A DNA stretch of 63,942 nucleotides, counting the filler, from Pelomyxa schiedti (taxonomy: Eukaryota; Protista; Evosea), in assembly GCA_020536535.1 (NCBI GenBank). It is 11 parts of 11 records of this genome, joined end to end, with 100 filler letters (N's around TTAATTAATTAA, not from the genome) between each part and the next. Parts side by side here need not be neighbours in the genome. Positions count along the whole stretch, not along the records: positions 61,379 to 62,825 come from JAHLWZ010002498.1; positions 62,926 to 63,942 come from JAHLWZ010002998.1; 9 more parts are not named here. One strand, given 5' to 3'. This document shows, piece after piece, positions 61,379 through 63,942 of this stretch (positions are counted from its first letter, which is position 1; each line of letters begins with the position of its first letter). The notes beneath the pieces are model-generated. The model was not told the DNA's origin. It searched no databases and was given only the letters and a program-made list of their open reading frames with translations. The translations under genes and the position numbers were made by a program.

Positions 61379-62057
61379 TCTCTGCTCGAGTGATTGGATC
61401 ATGACCCGGCTGGCATTTGGTGATGTGGAATGTAGCGCACAGTTGAATCGCAACCCGCGAATGACCATGGATTGGCTGTCCCCTGACAGATCAACACTGA
61501 CCGGCACTCTTTTCTTTATGTCACTGACAGCACAATCGAAGTCTTCTGCACGCAACTGGGTTATGTTCTAGCACAACATGAGTGGAAGGGAGGGGTGTAC
61601 CACGAGAAAGGTAGACAGAAACAGCGAGGGTGCCACGGAAAGTGACACCGAGGTGAGTGTACTCGAGCGTCGCGGTGCTGTCGGAGCAACTAACGAGGTC
61701 AACAACAACTGTACTCACACTCCCGTTGGGTTGTTGTTCTTGTTGTTGCGGCTGTGTCATTGTTGTGACTTCGGCAGTTGCCGTTTGACTTCCAATCAAA
61801 AATGATAGGTGGGTCTTCAAGTTTGACGAAATCGGGGGAATCCTGTTGACCCAACCTGCGGCAACAGTTCGATCCAGGACGAGAAGCAAAGGTTTTTTCC
61901 GTTTACAACTCCTTGAGTACAAAACGGATTTCGAAGTACTGCTGGACACATTGGCGTTGTCATACCCAGTGAAACTGCACCTCCAGCCAGCACCCACTGA
62001 ATGCACACCACCACACAGGAACCACACTTTGCCTGTGCCTTCATCGCGCATCATCAC
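61379..62057 (-). CDS. Hypothetical multi-exon protein, partial
   Basis: Overlapping minus-strand ORFs with plausible short introns; no recognised motif. Confidence 0.35.
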
Positions 62058-63109
62058 AGTCAGAATGAATGTGTCATCTGGGTGGATTGTGAGGCCGTGT
62101 GGCTTGGCTGGCTATCTGTGACTTGGAGCTGAACGATTGGCACTGACACCAACCGCTGTCATACAATACACCCTTTTCTGGGTGTGTGTGTTGACTCTGG
62201 CTTTGATGGCAGATTGTTACTGCTGTTGCGCTTCCATTTGAGCCAATCTCTGCTCAAGTGATAACCTTGCTGGCATTTGGCAAGGTGGAACGGAGCACAC
62301 ACTTGAATCCTGTTCGGCGAACAACCACTGTCAGAAGTACTAGAAGGAAATCCGAAGCAACAGCGTCGGTGCAACCAACAAGAGCGACGACAACAGCCCC
62401 ACCTGCACTGGCTTGTGCACCCAATACTGCTGCTCCTGGGTGGTTGCTGTGCCATTGCCAACTCGTTTCTTTCTCTGAGAACCGGGATCGATTTTTGTGT
62501 GAAAGGATAACGAACTTGGTTGGTGTCAGAAAATGAGTTGAACCATCCTGTCCATGATGCGATATCACAGGGGCCCCCTTTGATATCAGGGCACTACAGG
62601 AGTGACCAGTAAGATTGGTACACAATCCTCTTGGAAGTTGGCCTCTTGTTGTTCACTTGTGTTTCCGATGAATAACAGGTCGTTTTCGGTTCAAAAGATT
62701 GTGGACGTCGGTACCAACATCATATGGGGAAGGTCCGTCCTGGTGCTACGGTCAAAACGGGTAAATATCAGCACCGGCCATTCCGCGAAGATCATAAATT
62801 CTACACACGGAAAGTCTGGAAATCCNNNNNNNNNNNNNNNNNNNNNNNNNNNNNNNNNNNNNNNNNNNNTTAATTAATTAANNNNNNNNNNNNNNNNNNN
62901 NNNNNNNNNNNNNNNNNNNNNNNNNTAAACTCAGTAAACTTAAATTGCCGAGCTCTTACAATGCCACTGAAAAAGGGACATCAAAGAAGACCACCTGTTG
63001 TGGACCCAATGACAAAAACACTGTCTGGAGGACGTCGGTACTAATCACATCGCGGTAAACAGTTTCATTAATTACCATACTTCCCGGAACACACCATCAC
63101 ATCAATCGA

Positions 63110-63463
63110 ATGCAAGTGACCAGCGAGCACATTTCTGTTGAAGTTGCGATCGACGCACGAGACCAATTCGTTGCGATGTGCTTCGCGTTGTGCCCACCAC
63201 CCACAATCCGGTATCGGGCGTTTGTGTCGCCTGCTCGGATCTCCAACGACGTCGCTCGGCTCATCGGTGAGCGTTGGGTGCTCACTCCCGTACGTCGCTT
63301 CATTGTCAAGAGTGAGAACGAGTCGTGTCGGCCCGTCGTCGCGTCGATCGGCGCCACGCTCGGCGTCGTAAGTGCCAAAGAGACCAACGAATGGACCAAC
63401 GACCACACCTTTTGGTGCTGGTTGGGATGTGACAGGATCCTGGGGAGGCTTGGACTGACCTGA
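63110..63463 (+). pseudogene. ARxQ family member, 5' fragment
   Basis: IDARDQFVAMC...SPAR...IGERWVL...GATLGVV, then early stop. Confidence 0.72.
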
Positions 63464-63942
63464 TTGGGGTTGGCGATGAAGCCACTCATTCCAATCTCAT
63501 CAACTATATGCAGGGCCATGATTGATGCACACTGGATTGACTCTCTGCCGAGAAGGACAGACCAGAATCGGTAACTGGAATCCTCTATCCGTTCCGAAGA
63601 GTGCTTGTAAGGTTATTCGGAAAGAGAGGAGTTACCCAGGAGAAGAGGAGAACCAAAAAGGAAAGTAGCCCCTGAAATAGCCAATGAGGCGGTTTCTAGG
63701 TGCGATGTTGGGAGAGCTCTCCCTGATGTGCAAGGGCGTCAAGATATAACTGGAGCTTGGATTCTGACCCTCCCTTTTTTTCCCCAGCTAACAAATACAC
63801 AGATTTAGTGACAGTTTGCCGTGAATGTGGTTTGTCCCATTTATTGGCTTTCTGCTAACAAATCCACGCAGGTTCACAGGCGACCATTATTTGATGTCTC
63901 TTGCCAAAGAGCAAGAGAGGCTCCCTGCAGGTTCGTTCTTTC

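Noticed and set aside
63470-63942. Possible inserted element truncating the family gene
   Set aside because: No terminal repeat, TSD or recognisable ORF visible

Overview
Eukaryotic, not prokaryotic, DNA. The window is about 11 unlinked contigs joined by N-TTAATTAATTAA-N linkers, with extra 100-N scaffold gaps. It is gene-dense with very short (~35-50 nt) GT-AG introns. The gene families resemble those I recall from the archamoeba Pelomyxa (inference, unverified). Contig 1 holds collapsed copies of a chromodomain-bearing Ty3/Gypsy LTR retrotransposon with a conserved -1 frameshift signal and two different LTR types. Contig 2 holds a tandem array of MORN-repeat + unrecognised Cys/His domain + TKL-kinase genes (the third a pseudokinase), a TOM1/GPR137-like membrane protein and MORN-coiled-coil-RING genes. 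Contig 3 is a second Gypsy element inserted in a MORN gene, with a solo LTR splitting its gag zinc knuckle. The remaining contigs carry 10 or more members of a mostly intronless family (N-terminal 'ARxQFVA...RCG.xSP' motif plus a variable beta-rich domain), a PIG-O/G-like phosphotransferase, an ankyrin-kinase and two divergent tRNA-Leu genes. The best candidates for undescribed systems are the expanded putative F-box-like receptor family and the MORN-kinase/pseudokinase/RING cluster. Several short inverted rearrangements may be amplification or assembly artefacts.
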